From Chara braunii (Eukaryota > Plantae > Charophyceae): 64,000 nt of DNA. The translations under genes were made by a program, and so were the position numbers. This document shows positions 37,824 to 50,725 of this stretch, one piece after another. The stretch spans positions 4,356,326-4,420,325 of the forward strand of contig BFEA01000012.1 of NCBI GenBank assembly GCA_003427395.1, written 5' to 3'. The notes beneath the pieces were generated by a model that worked only from the letters and a program-made list of their open reading frames with translations, had not been told where the DNA came from and made no database searches. How positions within the stretch are numbered: position 1 is the stretch's first letter; each line of letters opens with the position of its first letter.

Positions 37824-39625
37824 CTGGCAAGCAAAACAATGCAATTGTAAGTGAACACACACACACAGACACACACACACACACACACACACACAGATCA
37901 CTAGAGACCCATACATCGATTGCAAAGAGGAAGCCAAGAGGGTTGGAAACGACGACGGCCTCTCTTCGTTTCTCTCCTCATCGTGTGACTTGTGGTTTTC
38001 TGTTTCCTTCTCCGTTCACAATAAATAGTAACTTGATGGCGGAAGAGGAACGGAATCCCACACACACACAATACATCAGGAGAAACATTGACGTCATTTT
38101 TCTGCAATTGAAGAAGCGAGAGACTGCAAATACGAGAATACCAGTGGGATAGGCGGCGGGAGAGTGATTGGAGGTGGGTTGGAGTTGCTGTTGACAGCGC
38201 GTTCCTCCCCTTTGACTAAACGGAGACTGTCAGTCGACCACGAGGTCTAGAGACACGGTTGTCCGTCTCTGCAAAGGAATGTCCAAAGATCAACGACCAC
38301 CTCTCGAACAAGGTTCAACAATCCTTAAACTATGGACTTCTCTCGACCGATGGCCTTACGGTACATACCTCCAGCCTGGCGCTCATCGATGATTGGTCAA
38401 TCATTCACACACCTGAATCGGCGCCGGAAATCCAAAACCAGTCAAGGAAGCCACGAGTTTGCACGTCCCAATATCAATTTCCGAAAAGACTAAACATAGA
38501 GGGAGGGCTCGGGGTGGGGAAGGGAGGGGGAAAAGAGAGAGGGAGGGGGGGGGGGGGGGNGGGGGGNNGGNGAAGGGGNAAAAAGCAATTGAACGACGGA
38601 CGGCCAGGTATGAAGAACATAACGAGAAATGAAACAGTCATGGAGTAGATCGAAGACGGAAGAGAGAACGGGAAAGACGAAAGGGAGGCAGAGGACCCAG
38701 AGAGAGAGAGAGCGGGTCTAAGGTGGACAAGCAGAGAGGGAGGAGGGCGGAACAAGGAGAGGAGAAAGAAGATTATATACACAGAAGGAGCCAGGCAAAC
38801 CAGAGGCAGAGGGGGGGAAAGAGGAAAAGAGATGGGACGAGGGACGGGGAAAGGAGTAGGAGAACGAGTAAGGGATTGCTGGCAGGGGAGTACGACGATT
38901 GAAGAGGACAGGAACCCAAAAACTAGAACGGAACGAGACACAGAGAGATAGAGAGAAGTGGAAAGAGACAGATGGACACAACACAACTTGTGTTTGTGCC
39001 TCCTCGGAGCACGGCGGCACCGGGAGTAGCAACCAGAGGTCCCTACATAAACAGCAACAGAGCAGCAGAGGCAGGACACGCATCAACGACAGCGGCGGGT
39101 ACTAAACTGTGGCCAAGAAGCGAGTAGGCTCGGAAGAGAGAGTGCACCCCAATTCCAGAGGTTGGACGGCAACAAACATGGAGAGCAATGACGAGTAGGG
39201 GGAGGGGAGGGGGGAAGAGGTGGGAAAAGCAGGCCAAGGGATAGAGACGACACTCGAGATTACGTGGAACAGATCGGTAACGTATCATCGTGCAAACAGA
39301 GAGCAGGAAGCAAGGCCACAAGGCGCAAGGCAACACAAATCGAAAGCAAATTTAACCAAGCAATCCCGCCAGCACGGCAAGCAAGGACGAAGGCAGGCAG
39401 GCAGGCAGACAGAGAGACAGACAGACAGACAGACAGACAGGCAAGCGAGCAAGCTTTTCAGCTTTCCCACTCGTCACTGGAACCTTACTCCCTCTTCCAG
39501 TATCCATTTACCTCCCCCCGTTCCATCGGCTTTTCCAAGTGTCCAATGCATAATACGTATAAAAACTTATTCCCGCTGAATAACAGTGCATTAGAAATTT
39601 GACCGCCTGGGTTCACGTGGCTTGT

Positions 39626-39673
<48 letters not shown>

Positions 39674-42174
39674 CGATCGAAATCTCGGCGTATACGGTGC
39701 TGCGCAATGTACTGTGAAGCTGCGGCTCTAACGCCAGAGTTCTGTCGGATTTTCAACCCCCTCTGTGTGTGTATGTTGCCTAAGCCTACATTTCCACTAC
39801 ATTTCCACTAGATTTTCTAGTGCATTTCCACTAGATTCTAGTGCATTTCCCACTACATTTTCGCCTACATTTTCCAAGTGTCAGACAACGGATCAGTGAG
39901 CACTAATCGCCATCATATTGGTCTGAGGGCGCAGCGATTACGTATGGCACTGTTTTCAGACTCACTCTCACGAAGAGGTAGACATGGTCCGCCCCTCGCA
40001 CACCATCCCCCCATTCCGTCCGCATTCCTCCTCTCTGGCTGTTGTTTCCCTTCAGATTCCAGTTCAGTCTTCCTCACCCTTCGTCTTCGTTACCTGCCTA
40101 CAGTGCTAATCGAGGGAGCGAAATATCATCATTGGGCATTTGGAAATATGAAAGAGGGAAGAATTATTATAAGAACGAACCAAACTGAAAGGAATAAAAA
40201 GAACAACAAAGAACCAAACAATCGGTACACAAGAGGAACGACTTGGTGACGTGGCATTCGAAAAGTGTAGGCAGCAAAAGAGACTATTATCACATATATT
40301 ATATATCTATATATTCAGTCAGACAACAGCCATCGGACAAAAACAAAAGAAACAGTACCATCTACAAAACAAGTGATATCACATCAGATATCAAACGCAG
40401 ATGCCAGGGTGGCAAGGCAGGCAATAACCATCAGATACGACAAAAGAATAGAGAATAGTACTATTGATTGAATCCCCAACCAATCAAGCGCCCACACCCA
40501 ATCAAACGCCCACGAGTACATCAAACGTCATCGTCCAGGGTAAATACGGAGGAGGCCGGGGGGGGGGGGGGAGAAATCCGATCACAAAACTGAAAGCAGA
40601 GAGAAATATCTCATCCAACGACGGGCAGAGAGGGGCATAGTCTGCTCAAACCGAAACCGCAAAAAGACGTAAACAGCTCACAGTCAATCCCTATCCCCCA
40701 GCCCTCTCTATCTCCCCCAACACCTCCTCTCTCCCACCTCCCACCTCCTCGAAAGAAACGCAAGATCAAAGGGGAAAAAAACTGAAGTATTGTGCTCGAC
40801 AGAACTCGGAGAGGAAAGATCAAAGGAAAAAAAATTCATGTATTCCTTCCCTCTCCCCCATTATTCATGTGTTGGGCAGTACAAATAGTGCGAATATGGA
40901 AACAAAGAAATCATCCGGTGGTGTAAGTATAGTAATAATAATAAGACTCGATTTCATGAGTGCAAGACGAGTCGATTTCCTCCTAAATCGACCGCGGACA
41001 GTCATAATAGGTTCAGGACGTAAACGGAAGAAACAGTGGGATTGACCAACCAGCAGCAGGCACAGATAGATAGCTGGCATTCATGGCCCCTCAATTGTAT
41101 GGGATAATCTCGGTGTCTGGCGGTCCCTCCATGTGTTGTTTGTTCGCTCAACCGCTTCAGATCGTCGTCTCTCCTCCTCCTCCCCCTCCTCCTCCTCCTC
41201 TCCCACCTCTCTCGCTCCCTCCCTATCCTCCTCCTCCTGCTACGACTCTTGCCCACCTCTCCTCTACTCTCCTTTCCGCTCCCCAACGCCGCCGTTTTGC
41301 GACATGCCACATATGGAATGTTTGGCAATTGGTATATTGCTATTTCCTTTGCGAGGATGCCGGCCGCACTGCTGCCTTCCTTCTTCTGCCTGGCCCTGGC
41401 CTAGGTAGTGACGATGATGACGATATGCATTCTACCTATCCAATTGAGTTCAGAGTTAACCTTCCCACTAATAACTGCAACCCAACGAACCTTCTACCTA
41501 CCAACCACTCTGCCAATGAGCATCACGAGACACGTGGTATGCCACACGGGGCTAACAGTGCGTTCGCCCTACAGAGACCCCCAGGGGGAAGAACAGTCCG
41601 ACCATCCCCGCGCGGCAAGCTGGAGCTGACACATTCCGCGCAGCAAGCTGGAACTGCCACATCCCGACCGTCGATCTGCACAAGCAGCTGCCACCGATAC
41701 CTTATTTCACAACCAGTCCAACCACAATCACACTCCCGCCGAACAAATGAAAAATGGAAACACCCCAACACCTCTCTCAAGGCAAGACGATCGCACACTT
41801 CTCTCAGTGAAAGACCATCGCATCAAAAAAACGTCCGCGATAGTCGCGACGAATGCCGCCCAAGCGCAAAAGTTCAAAAAAAACGAAGATTACAAGTTAC
41901 GAATAGTCCCGCCCCCGCCCTCCCCTACTGCTCTAACCAATCCAGAAATGGCGGTTTTTCTTCCCGCCGTTCAAAACCCGCGCGGCGCGCATACCGCCTA
42001 AATAGTCCGGGCCCACCTTCAGCTGGGGCTCTTTTTTTTCATTTTTTTGAAAAAGCACCTGTTCGCACTCCTGGCCAGGAGGCTACGCCATACCGCTTGC
42101 ATTTGTCGCGTGGCAGGGTTACCGCATGGCAAATGTCCGGAACGGCATGAGGGGTTTATTAAAGGGGGTCGAGA

Positions 42175-42430
42175 AGGGGAGCAGAAGGGTGCGGTCGTTG
42201 TCGTCAGACCGACCGGTCATTGGGCGGTTGTGAGGGGGTCGAGGGGGTGAGCAGAAGGGTGCTGTCGTTGTTGTTGTTGTGAGACCTATCTGTTGTTGGG
42301 CGGTTGTGTGGGGATAGAGAGGGTGAGCAGAAGGGGGCGAGAGGGTGAGCAGAAGGGTGCTGTAGACCAGCCGGTCATTCGGCGGTTGTCAGGAGGTTGA
42401 GAGGGTGAGCAGAAGGGTGCGGTCGGGCGA
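42175..42430 (+). repeat. Degenerate short repeats GAGGG(G)TGAGCAGAAGGGTGC
   Basis: The motif occurs 5-6 times at irregular spacing. Confidence 0.75.
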
Positions 42431-43091
42431 AGGCTGTTATTTTTGGGCGTAGCTGGTGGGGGTTGTGGCATTGTGAGGGGGTCGAAATGTGGTGGTCGAA
42501 AAAGACGATAGGGCTGAGGCCGATCGAGGTGGGTGTTTTGTGAAGCGGGGCGGGTGGCAGTTGAAAGGAAACAAGGTGGTAGCCTCGACAGAGAGCCACG
42601 CGAAAGGAAACGAGGTGGTAGCCTCGACGGAGCCTCACCAAATGTACAAAATGAGAATGAATCCTCCTTTATAATAACGAAAGATACACTGCCATGATTT
42701 TTGTCTCCCTCAATCCCAAGCACCTCTGCTCCCTCCTCCAAGCTACCCTCTAGCGTATTCGCCATGTAAACTGCCCTCCTGAGTACCAGAATCCTGCAGA
42801 GGATCGCGGCGATCGCTCGTCCAGCATTCCAGATCAAACCTCCTCCTCCATCTCCCCATCATCGTTTTCCATCTCTTCTTCGTCGTCCTCTTCCTCCTCC
42901 TAATCACCATGATCACTATTATCACCATCATCACCATCATCACCGTCATCATCATCGTCCTCACTTACATCGCCGCCACCGTGAACATGCCAAAGTTTGC
43001 CAAGCGTTCGGCTAACACTCATGCCCTCTCAGTATCTTATTCCATCCAAAGGCAGTAAATGTGTTTCGCATGTATACCATTTGTACTATGC

Positions 43092-43163
<72 letters not shown>

Positions 43164-43259
43164 GAATGTGTCGGGGATTGTGAGTGTTCGGGGAGAGCGT
43201 TTCACACAACGAAAGTCATGTGCGAATGACCGCGGTCGTGTTGCTGGGTTAGTGCACTT

Positions 43260-43373
43260 CTTTTTTTTCATTCGGACTATTCTTTTTTCTTTTTTTTTTG
43301 CGTGTCATCCTTGCGCAAGGGCCATGCCAATCTTCTGTGTATCGTTTCAATTTTAACGGATGTACCAAAGGAC
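43260..43373 (-). pseudogene. Essentially full-length U6 snRNA retrocopy with A-rich tail and 16-bp TSD
   Basis: Minus strand reads GTCCTTTGGTACATCCGTTAAAATTGAAACGATACACAGAAGATTGGCATGGCCCTTGCGCAAGGATGACACGC, then A-rich sequence, AATAGTCCGAAT and A8. Flanked by the direct repeat CTGGGTTAGTGCACTT (43244-43259 and 43375-43390). Confidence 0.92.
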
Positions 43374-43679
43374 ACTGGGTTAGTGCACTTAGAAACATAA
43401 AATCCAAAAGAAAAATAGAGAAATGGAAAGAAAGAAAATAGAACGTGTTTGACACGTTCTAAAAAATGACATAGCACGATGAATGCATCCGATGGCCAAA
43501 AAAAAAAAAAAAAAAAAACAATTGCACGGCGGCCAATACCAAATCGCGCAATTTTTTTTAACCAATCACGGACCACAAAATTTTGAAATACAGACCTGAG
43601 TTTGAATCCACAAGATTAAATCCGATAGGTTGGAACGACCTCTCGAAGGCCGCGCTGCAGAAGACTGACGTTTGAATCG

Positions 43680-44935
43680 CGAGGGAGGGTGGCAAGAGAT
43701 CAAATTCAAAGAGCATGTCCTCCCTTTCGTCTCAATGTCGCAAATCTGAAAGACAAAGGGATAACGAGGTGGGTGAGCACCCAAGCGGTAAAATGGCAAC
43801 ATGTTGAAGGTCTGTTTGACTTAGATGATCTATGGGCGGAGGCTGAGCTGGGGATAGTGAAGGAAGCCTTGATGGTCGTTTCACGAATGAAAGCGACAAG
43901 TAGACAATGGAAGGAGAAAAAATGTCAGAAGGAAGTGGAAATGGTTGAATTGCAGATGAGTCAAGACCCTTTCCCTGACTCCTCTTGGTCAGAGAAAAGG
44001 AAAGAGGCGTTATGTCAACTGGAACCATTGGAATTGCAGAAACAGACTGACTGGCTTGAATGGCTAAACCTATGGGGCGCTGTCGGTTATGATTGAATGA
44101 CGAAGCTAACTTTTTGTTTTTTTATTCTTAAACAAACGAAGTCACTAGTTAGGGAACCTATCCACCCTTTTGAATTAGAGGCGGCGGCAGCTTCCGACAC
44201 AGAGAGCATGTGCTTTTATGCACTAGAATACTTTCGGGACATTGTATCTACCTGGCGTCCGTATGATCACTTTCACTTTGACCTTTTGGTTGGGTCTCGA
44301 TTCTGGGACAAGACCAAAGCTTGTACTGGGGCCAGTTCCGGAGTCAGTCTTGAAGCCCCTCTCACGAAATTAGAGTTCCTTCGAGCGGACAAACGAATGG
44401 CATTGGGCAAATGCCTAGGGATTGACGGCCTCCCTTTGGAATTGTTCCTTCGCTGATGGGACGATTTTGGGGCATTTTGTGCCAGATTTATAACAGAGCC
44501 TTGGAAAGTGGCTCCTTACCACCCAATTTGGTGAAGGGCGTGATCTCTCTCCTCTACAAAAAAATGGGACGATCTCTATTTTGAATGTAGCGTACAAAAT
44601 ACTTGCGAAAGCTTCAGCAATTAGGCTTGCCACAGTTCTTCCAAATCCGGTAGAATGGGAACAAGGGGCGTTTGTCAAAGGGAGATCAATTTTGAAAACA
44701 TTATCATGATCATACAAGCATTGGAAGTAATTGGCCTAGAGAACAAAAAAAAAGGTCGTTGTGTTGCTACTCGACATGGAAAAGGCCTCTGACAAAGTCG
44801 AGTAGACCTTGGTTTCCACCACATTAGCCAAAATGGGTTTTGGTTGGCTCTTCTCGAATTGAAGTTTTGCCACGTATACTAAGGTCACGTCCATGGTTAT
44901 GGTGAATGGGTGTCTCTCCGACGAGTTTCCCCGAC
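43680..44935 (+). mobile_element. Decayed L1-clade LINE ORF2 fragment (EN-RT linker and RT N-terminal motifs)
   Basis: Broken-frame peptides PFRLN, RMALGKCLGIDGLPLELF, ISILNVAYKILAKASAIRLATVLP...EQGAFVKGRSI and LLDMEKASDKVE*...LAKMGFG. Multiple stops and frameshifts; truncated before YADD. Confidence 0.88.
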
Positions 44936-45049
44936 CCATTTTTTGAGGTAGACAAATGGTTAACCGACCTTAAAATATTTGAAGAATCCTAATGGTGTTT
45001 ATACAAAGAAATTTGTCACAACACATATGTAAAAGTGAGATATCCTTCA

Positions 45050-48000
45050 TATACTTAGTCGTTTTTTAGGTTTTTATCCCTGGACTCTGGGCCATTCTTT
45101 GCTTTCGCCGAAAAATAGAGTCCAGAGTTTTCTTCCTTTTTTTTTTGATTAAACGTTTTTTAGGTTCTTATCCCTAAGCCCTGAGCCCTTCTTTGCTTTC
45201 ACGAAAAGTACAGCCCATAGTTTTTTTTTTTTCCCCTTTGTATACTTGGTCGGTTTTTAGGTTTTTATCCCTATGTCATCGACTCTTCTTTGTTTTCGAC
45301 GAAAAATAGAGTCCGGAGTTTTTTTTTTGTTCCTTGTATACTTAGTCGTTTTTTAGGTACCTATCCCTAGGCTTAGAACCCTTCTTTGCTTTCGTTGAAA
45401 AATAGAGTCCAGAGTTTTCTTCTTTTTCATTGTATACTGAGTTGTTTTGTAGGTACTTATCCCTAGGCTTAGGGCCCTTCTTTGCTTTCGCTGAAAAATA
45501 TAACCCATTTTTTTTTTTTTTTTTTTTACTTAGTTGTTTTTTAGGTACCCATCCCTAGGCATTGGGACCTTTTTTTCTTTCACCGAAAAATAGAGTCCTA
45601 AGTTTTTTTTTTTTCCCCTTGTATACTTAGTCGATTTTTATATACCTATTTTTGCGCCCTGTGCCCTTCTTTGCTTTTGCCAAAAAATAGAGCCCAAAGT
45701 TTTTTTTTTTTTTTTTTTTACTTAGTCGTTTTTCTTTTGTACCTACCCTTAGGCCCTGGGCCTTTCTTAGCCTTCGTCGAAAAATAGAGCCCAGTTTTTT
45801 TTTTTTTCTTTGTATACTTAGTCATTTTTAAGGTACCTATCCCTAGGCCCTAGGCCCTTCTTTGCTTTCATCGAAAAATAGAGCCCAAAGTTTTATTTTT
45901 TTAAATACCTAGTCGTTTTTTAGGTACCTAATCCTATGCCCTTGGTCGTTCTTTGCTTTCGCCGAAAAATATAGCCCAGAGTTTTCTCTTCTTTCTTTGT
46001 ATACTTAGTCGTTTTTTAAGTACCTATCTCTAGGCCTTGGGCCCTTCTTTGCTTTCGCCGAAAAATAGAGCCCAGAGTTTTTTTTTTATTTTTTTTATAC
46101 TTAGCTAGGCTACCAACCGGGCCGCCTGGGTCCCGGGTGGCCGGTCCGTGCAAGGACAAGGGAAGGTCCCAACAAAAACAAAAACAAAAAAAACAAAAAA
46201 AATCTGAACAAAAACTATGTTATGCAGAAAACTAAACTAAACAACTTTTGCCTCAGCGTCACATTGCAATTCTTCACCAAATTTAGATTTTTTTTTTTTT
46301 TTTTTTTTTTGTGTCCGACCGGGCAAATGACACCGGGCCACTCTGGTAGCCTAGATACTTAGTCGTTTCTTAGGTACCTATCCTGAGTCATTGACCCTTT
46401 TTTGCTTTCGCCGAAAAATACAGGCCAGAGGGTTTGTTTTTTTTTTTGCCTTGTTTCTTGAGTATAATTTCATTTCGATATCGAAGACCCTTCCCTTTAT
46501 AAACTTATACTTAATGGTTTCTTAGGTACATATCCCTAAGCCTTGGACCCTTCTTTGCTTTCACCGAAAAACAGAGCCCATAGTTTTTTTTTGTCTTTGT
46601 ATACTTAGTTCATTTTTAGATTTTTATTATTATGTCGTGGACCCTTCTTTACTTTCGCCGAAAAATACAACCCAAAGTTTTTTTTTATTTTTATACTTAG
46701 TCGTTTTGTAGGTTTTAATCCCTAGGCCCAGGACCCTTCTTTGTTTTCACCAAAAAATACATCCGAGAGTTTTTTTTTTTTGTATACTTAGTCGTTTTTT
46801 AGGTACCTATGGTAGGCCCCAGATCCTTCTTTGCTTTCGCCAAAAAATAGAGCCAAGAGTTTTTTTTTTTTTCTTACTAAGTCATTTTTTAGGTACGTAT
46901 CCCTAGGCCTCAGACCCTTCTTTGCTTTCGCCGAAAAATACAGCCTAGAGTTTTCTTTTTTTTTCCTTGCATACTTAGTTTTTGTTTAGATACCTATCCC
47001 TAGGCCCTGGACCCTTTTTTGTTTTCGCTGAAAAATAAAGCCCAGAGTTTTATTATTTTTCTTTATATACTTAGTCGTTTTTTATGTTCTTATCCCTAGG
47101 CTATGGGCTCTTCGTTGTTTTCGCTGAAAATACAGTCCAGTGTTTTCTTTCTTTGTATATTGAGTCATTTTTTAGATTTTTATCCCTAGGCCCTGGACCC
47201 TTATTTGCTTTCGCTGAAAAATAGAGCCAGAGTTTTTTTTTTTTTCTATACTTAGCCATTTTGTAGTTACCTATCCCTAGACCATAGGCCCTTCTTTGCT
47301 TTCGCCGAAAAATTGAGCCCAGCGTTTTTTTTGTTTTTTTGTTTTTACTCAGTCGTTTTTTAGGTACCTATCCCCAGGCTCTAGAGCCTTCTTTGCTTTC
47401 GTCGGAAAATAGAACCCAAAGTTTTTTTTTTTTTCTTCAAATACTCAGTCTATTTTAGTTACCTATCAATCTGCCCCTAGGCCTTTCTATGCTTCCACCG
47501 AAAACTAGAACCCGGAGTTTTGTTTTTTTTCTTCGTATACTTAGTCGTTCCACAAGACGTATACATTTACCCGTATGCACTTCTTTACTTTCGTTGAAAA
47601 ATAAAGCCCTCGTTTTTTTTTGTTTTTTCTTTTATAACTTAATCGTTTTACAACACTTATGCGTCTACCCCTAAGACCTTTTTTCCGTTCGCTCGAAAAT
47701 AGAGCCCGAAGTTTATTTTTTCTTCGTTTATGCAGTCGTTTTCAATGACTTATCCCTCTACCCCTTGGCCCTTCTTTGCTTTATCCGGAAAATAAAGCCC
47801 AAAGTTTTTTTTTTTGTCTTCTTCGTATATTTGGTCGTTTTACAACATGCATATCATTACCCCCGGACTCTTCTTTGCTTTCGAAAAAAAATAGGGCCTG
47901 AATTTTTTTTTTTTTTTTCTTTGTTTACTTAGTCATTTTTACGTACCTATCCCTCTCCCTCTATACTTCTTTTTACTTTTGTTGAAAAACAGATCTCGGA

Positions 48001-48270
48001 GTTTTATTTTTTTTCTACATATACTTAGTCATTTTTAATTATTTATTCCTCTACCGCAAAACCCTTATTTGCCTTCATTGAAAAATGCACTCGAGAGGAT
48101 TTTTTTTTTTTTTTAACGTAGTTATTTTTAATTTCTTATTCGTCCATCACTAGACCCTTCTTTGTCGTCGTAGAAAAATACACCACAAACAATTCATTTT
48201 TTTCTTTATATGCTTGGTCATTTTTAATTACCCTTTTCTGTACTACTAGATCTTTCTTTGCCTTCTGCGA
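45050..48270 (+). repeat. Degenerate ~95-bp tandem array (about 30 units), left arm of a foldback
   Basis: Unit ATACTTAGTCGTTTTTTAGGTACCTATCCCTAGGCCCTGGGCCCTTCTTTGCTTTCGCCGAAAAATAGAGCCCAGAG(T)n; starts at e.g. 45338, 45434, 45527, 45622. Confidence 0.93.
46105..46354 (-). mobile_element. hAT-type MITE (250 bp), same family as 26885-27811, inserted in the 95-bp array
   Basis: TIRs CTAGGCTACCA / TGGTAGCCTAG with a perfect 8-bp TSD ATACTTAG (46097-46104 and 46355-46362). Internal blocks are colinear with the reverse complement of the 26885 copy. Confidence 0.93.
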
Positions 48271-48789
48271 AAAATCAAAATGTAATATGGACAGGGGGAA
48301 ACAAGTAAATAACGTAGGAAAAAACTATCAAATAACTAAGATATAAAATATATTTAAAAAAACAAAACAGATGGAAGAAAAAAAACTTCAAAAAAAAAAA
48401 GTTCAATTTTTGAAAAAAATACAAATTCAAAATCACATAAATAGAGTACGCTGCCAAAACTTTGTTCATCAAGGGCACAAGTCCGTCATTGGCCTGCTGT
48501 GCACTCTGAGTATCAAACGAAATGATTTAATTAGCTTGTTCCCCTCGGTCAGTGTTGGTAGGGTCTATGATCATTTCGACTATGTTTGTATGTGTGTTTG
48601 TGTGTGTCTATGTTTTTGTATATGTTTATGTGTGTGTTGACCTCAACCACAACTGCTGCTTGATGTGGGTTGGACAAATAACAAGTCATTCGTACTGAAA
48701 TAGTGGTAGCAACCTAGCAGGGATCCTCTGCCAAGGCCGAGGAACACTAGTAGGTAGATATTGAAAGGTAAGATTAAAATAAGAATATA

Positions 48790-50725
48790 ATTTAACTATA
48801 TTAACAAAAGAAAATGACTGAGCTATATTTTTCGGCGAAAGCAAAAAAGGGTCTAGGGGTAAAGGTATAAGTGTTGTAAAAGGACTAAGTGCCAAAGAGA
48901 AAAGAGAAAAATCCGAACTTTATTCTTCGGTGGAAGCAAAGGAGGGTCTTGGGGTAATGGAAAGATCGGTATTAAAAACAACTAAGTAAACGAAGAAAAA
49001 AAAGAAAACTCCGAGCTCTATTTTTCGGCGAAAGCAAAGAAGGGCTTAGGGGTAGAGAAGGGATAGGTAATGAAAAACGACTAAGGGGGAAAAAAAAAAC
49101 TCCGAGCTCTATTTTTCGGCGAAAGCAAAGAAGGGTCTAAGAGTAGAGGAGAGATAGGTACTAAAAACGACTAAGTATACGAAGAAAAAAAAAATAAACT
49201 CTGGGTTTTACTTTTCGGCGAAAGCAAAGAAGGGTTCATGGGTAGAGGAGGGATAGGTATTGAAAATGACTAAGTATACGAAGAAAAAAAAGAAAACTCT
49301 GGGCTCTATTTTTCGGCGAAAGCAAAGAAGGGCCTTGGGGTAGAGGAGGGCTAGATAACGAAAAACAACTATGCAAACGAAGAAAAACAAAAAAAAAACT
49401 TTGGGCCAGGGTTGCCGGCGTTCGGGACGAGCCAAACGCCCGAACGTATGGGACCCCTTCCGAAGGCGTTCGGCCGTTCGGGCCAAACGCGGACAAAAAA
49501 AAAAAACAAAAAAAAAAACAAGTTTTTTAAAAAATTCCCAAAAAAACATATGTCATGGAGAACAATAAACTAAACAACATTTGCCTGGGCACTACATCCA
49601 AATTCTTAACCAAATTTGAATTAAAAAACGAATACAGAAAATAAACACTATGATAAAAATAAAAAAAAATAAAAAGAGAATTAAAATGAGTGAGTGTGCC
49701 AGCACCTTTTCGACACCGCCATCTTTGCGGATTTTTAATTATTTTTTGGCATTGACAAATGCCCTGAAAATTTACAGATATGTAGTTTACATAATCAATA
49801 ACTCATTAAAAAGTTAAAAAAAATAATACAAATTTTTATGCCCCGAAATAAAGTGAAAACAAAAAGTTAAAAGTGAAAAAAACAAAATAGTGAGTGGGCG
49901 AGCACATTTTGACACCCCCATACTTGACGATTTTTAATGTTGTTTTGGCTTAGCAGAATGGCTTCAAAATTTATAGGCATGTAGGTTACATCATAGAGAA
50001 CTCACAAAAAAACATTCAGAAAAAAAAATGTATTCTTAGGCCCCAAAACGTTTTTTGGTGGGGGCCGAACCTGGAGGTGTTCGGCCCTTGAACGGGACCC
50101 CGAACGCCCGAACGTTTGGGGGCCAGCCCGGGGGCCCCCGAACATTCGGTCAGGTAACCCTGCTTCGGACTGTATTTTTCAGCGGAAGCAAAGAAGGGCC
50201 TAGGGGTAAAGGAAGGATATGTAATGAAAAAAACTAAGTAAACGAATGGAAAAAAAAAAACTTCGAACTCTATTTTTCGGTGAAAGCAAAGAAAGGCCTA
50301 AGGGGAGAGTAGGGATAGGTAACGAAAAATGACAAAGTATACGAAGAAAAAAAAGAAAAATTCGGGCTCTATTTTTCGGCGAAAGCAAAAAAGAGCCTAG
50401 GGGTAGAATAGGAATAGGTACCAAAAACCACTAAGTATACAGAAAAAAAAACAAACTTCGAGCTTTATTTTTTGGTGAAAACAAAGAAGAGCCTCGGGGG
50501 CTCTATTTTTTAGCGAAAGCAAAGAAGGGTCTCGGGGTAGAAGAGAGATAGGTAACGAAAAACAACTAAATAAACGAAGAAAAAAAAAAAACAACCGGGC
50601 TCTGTTTTTCGGCGAAAGCAAAAAAAAGTCTTAAGGTAGAGGAGGGATAGGTACAAAAAATGACTAAATTAATAAAGGGGAAAAAAAAAAAAACTCCGGA
50701 TTCTATTTTTCGGCGAAAGCAAAAA
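48790..50725 (-). repeat. Same ~95-bp array in inverted orientation (about 12 units), right arm of a foldback
   Basis: CTATTTTTCGGCGAAAGCAAAGAAGGG...GGGATAGGTA...ACGACTAAGTA recurs about every 97 bp. Confidence 0.93.
49407..50162 (+). mobile_element. hAT-type non-autonomous element (756 bp) inserted in the inverted arm of the 95-bp array
   Basis: TIRs CAGGGTTGCC / GGTAACCCTG; 8-bp flanks CTTTGGGC and CTTCGGAC (6/8). Multiple CCCGAAC/GTTCGG subterminal motifs and an internal ~200-bp duplication. Confidence 0.8.

Noticed and set aside
41083-42150. 355-aa ORF
   Set aside because: Patchwork low-complexity translation (poly-P, poly-D) with no motif or supporting splice structure; more likely UTR or promoter-type DNA.
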